Source: Paragordius varius (lineage: Eukaryota; Animalia; Nematomorpha). Taken from it: a DNA stretch of 64,000 bases. Numbering within the stretch: the first letter of the stretch is position 1; each line of letters opens with the position of its first letter. Positions 63,949 through 64,000 of the stretch are shown here, piece by piece. The position numbers and the translations under genes were made by a program. Location of the stretch: the NCBI GenBank assembly GCA_964247055.1, contig OZ176057.1, positions 868,001 to 932,000 on the forward strand, given 5' to 3'. A model generated the notes under the pieces. The model saw only the letters and a program-made list of their open reading frames with translations, made no database searches and was not told the DNA's origin.

Positions 63949-64000
63949 CTCACACAAAATATTCAACAATCCCTCGTTTTATAACTCAGGTGGTGAAATG

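Overview
AT-rich eukaryotic (probably invertebrate animal) genomic DNA; no prokaryotic genes, rRNA or CRISPR arrays are supported. (1) 1-28481 is a 478-bp satellite array with internal layering: 2-mer and 3/4-mer variant patterns, an apparently homogeneous core, and two 1060-bp higher-order blocks related by a 19,317-bp offset. (2) About 320 bp beyond the array end is the stop codon of a large minus-strand Lys/His-rich exon (28802-30057). Upstream of it lies a string of AG/GT-bounded symmetric phase-1 exons: Thr/Cys/Lys/Arg-rich mucin-like cassettes (one 153-bp exon in five intact copies) and an antistasin-type Cys domain, possibly one gene for a modular secreted protein of about 808 aa or more. 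(3) 35.0-58.8 kb holds five decayed copies of an RTE-like non-LTR retrotransposon. Where the flanks survive they share one insertion site with a ~13-bp target-site duplication, and an empty paralogous site is present at 60.74 kb. A 5.82-kb unit (RTE + one mucin exon) is triplicated, with both breakpoints in the same 9 bp of the RTE. (4) Introns carry several TA-flanked MITE-like foldback families, and a second LINE endonuclease fragment starts at the right edge. Gene models are inferred from splice signals and frame only; no database search was possible.
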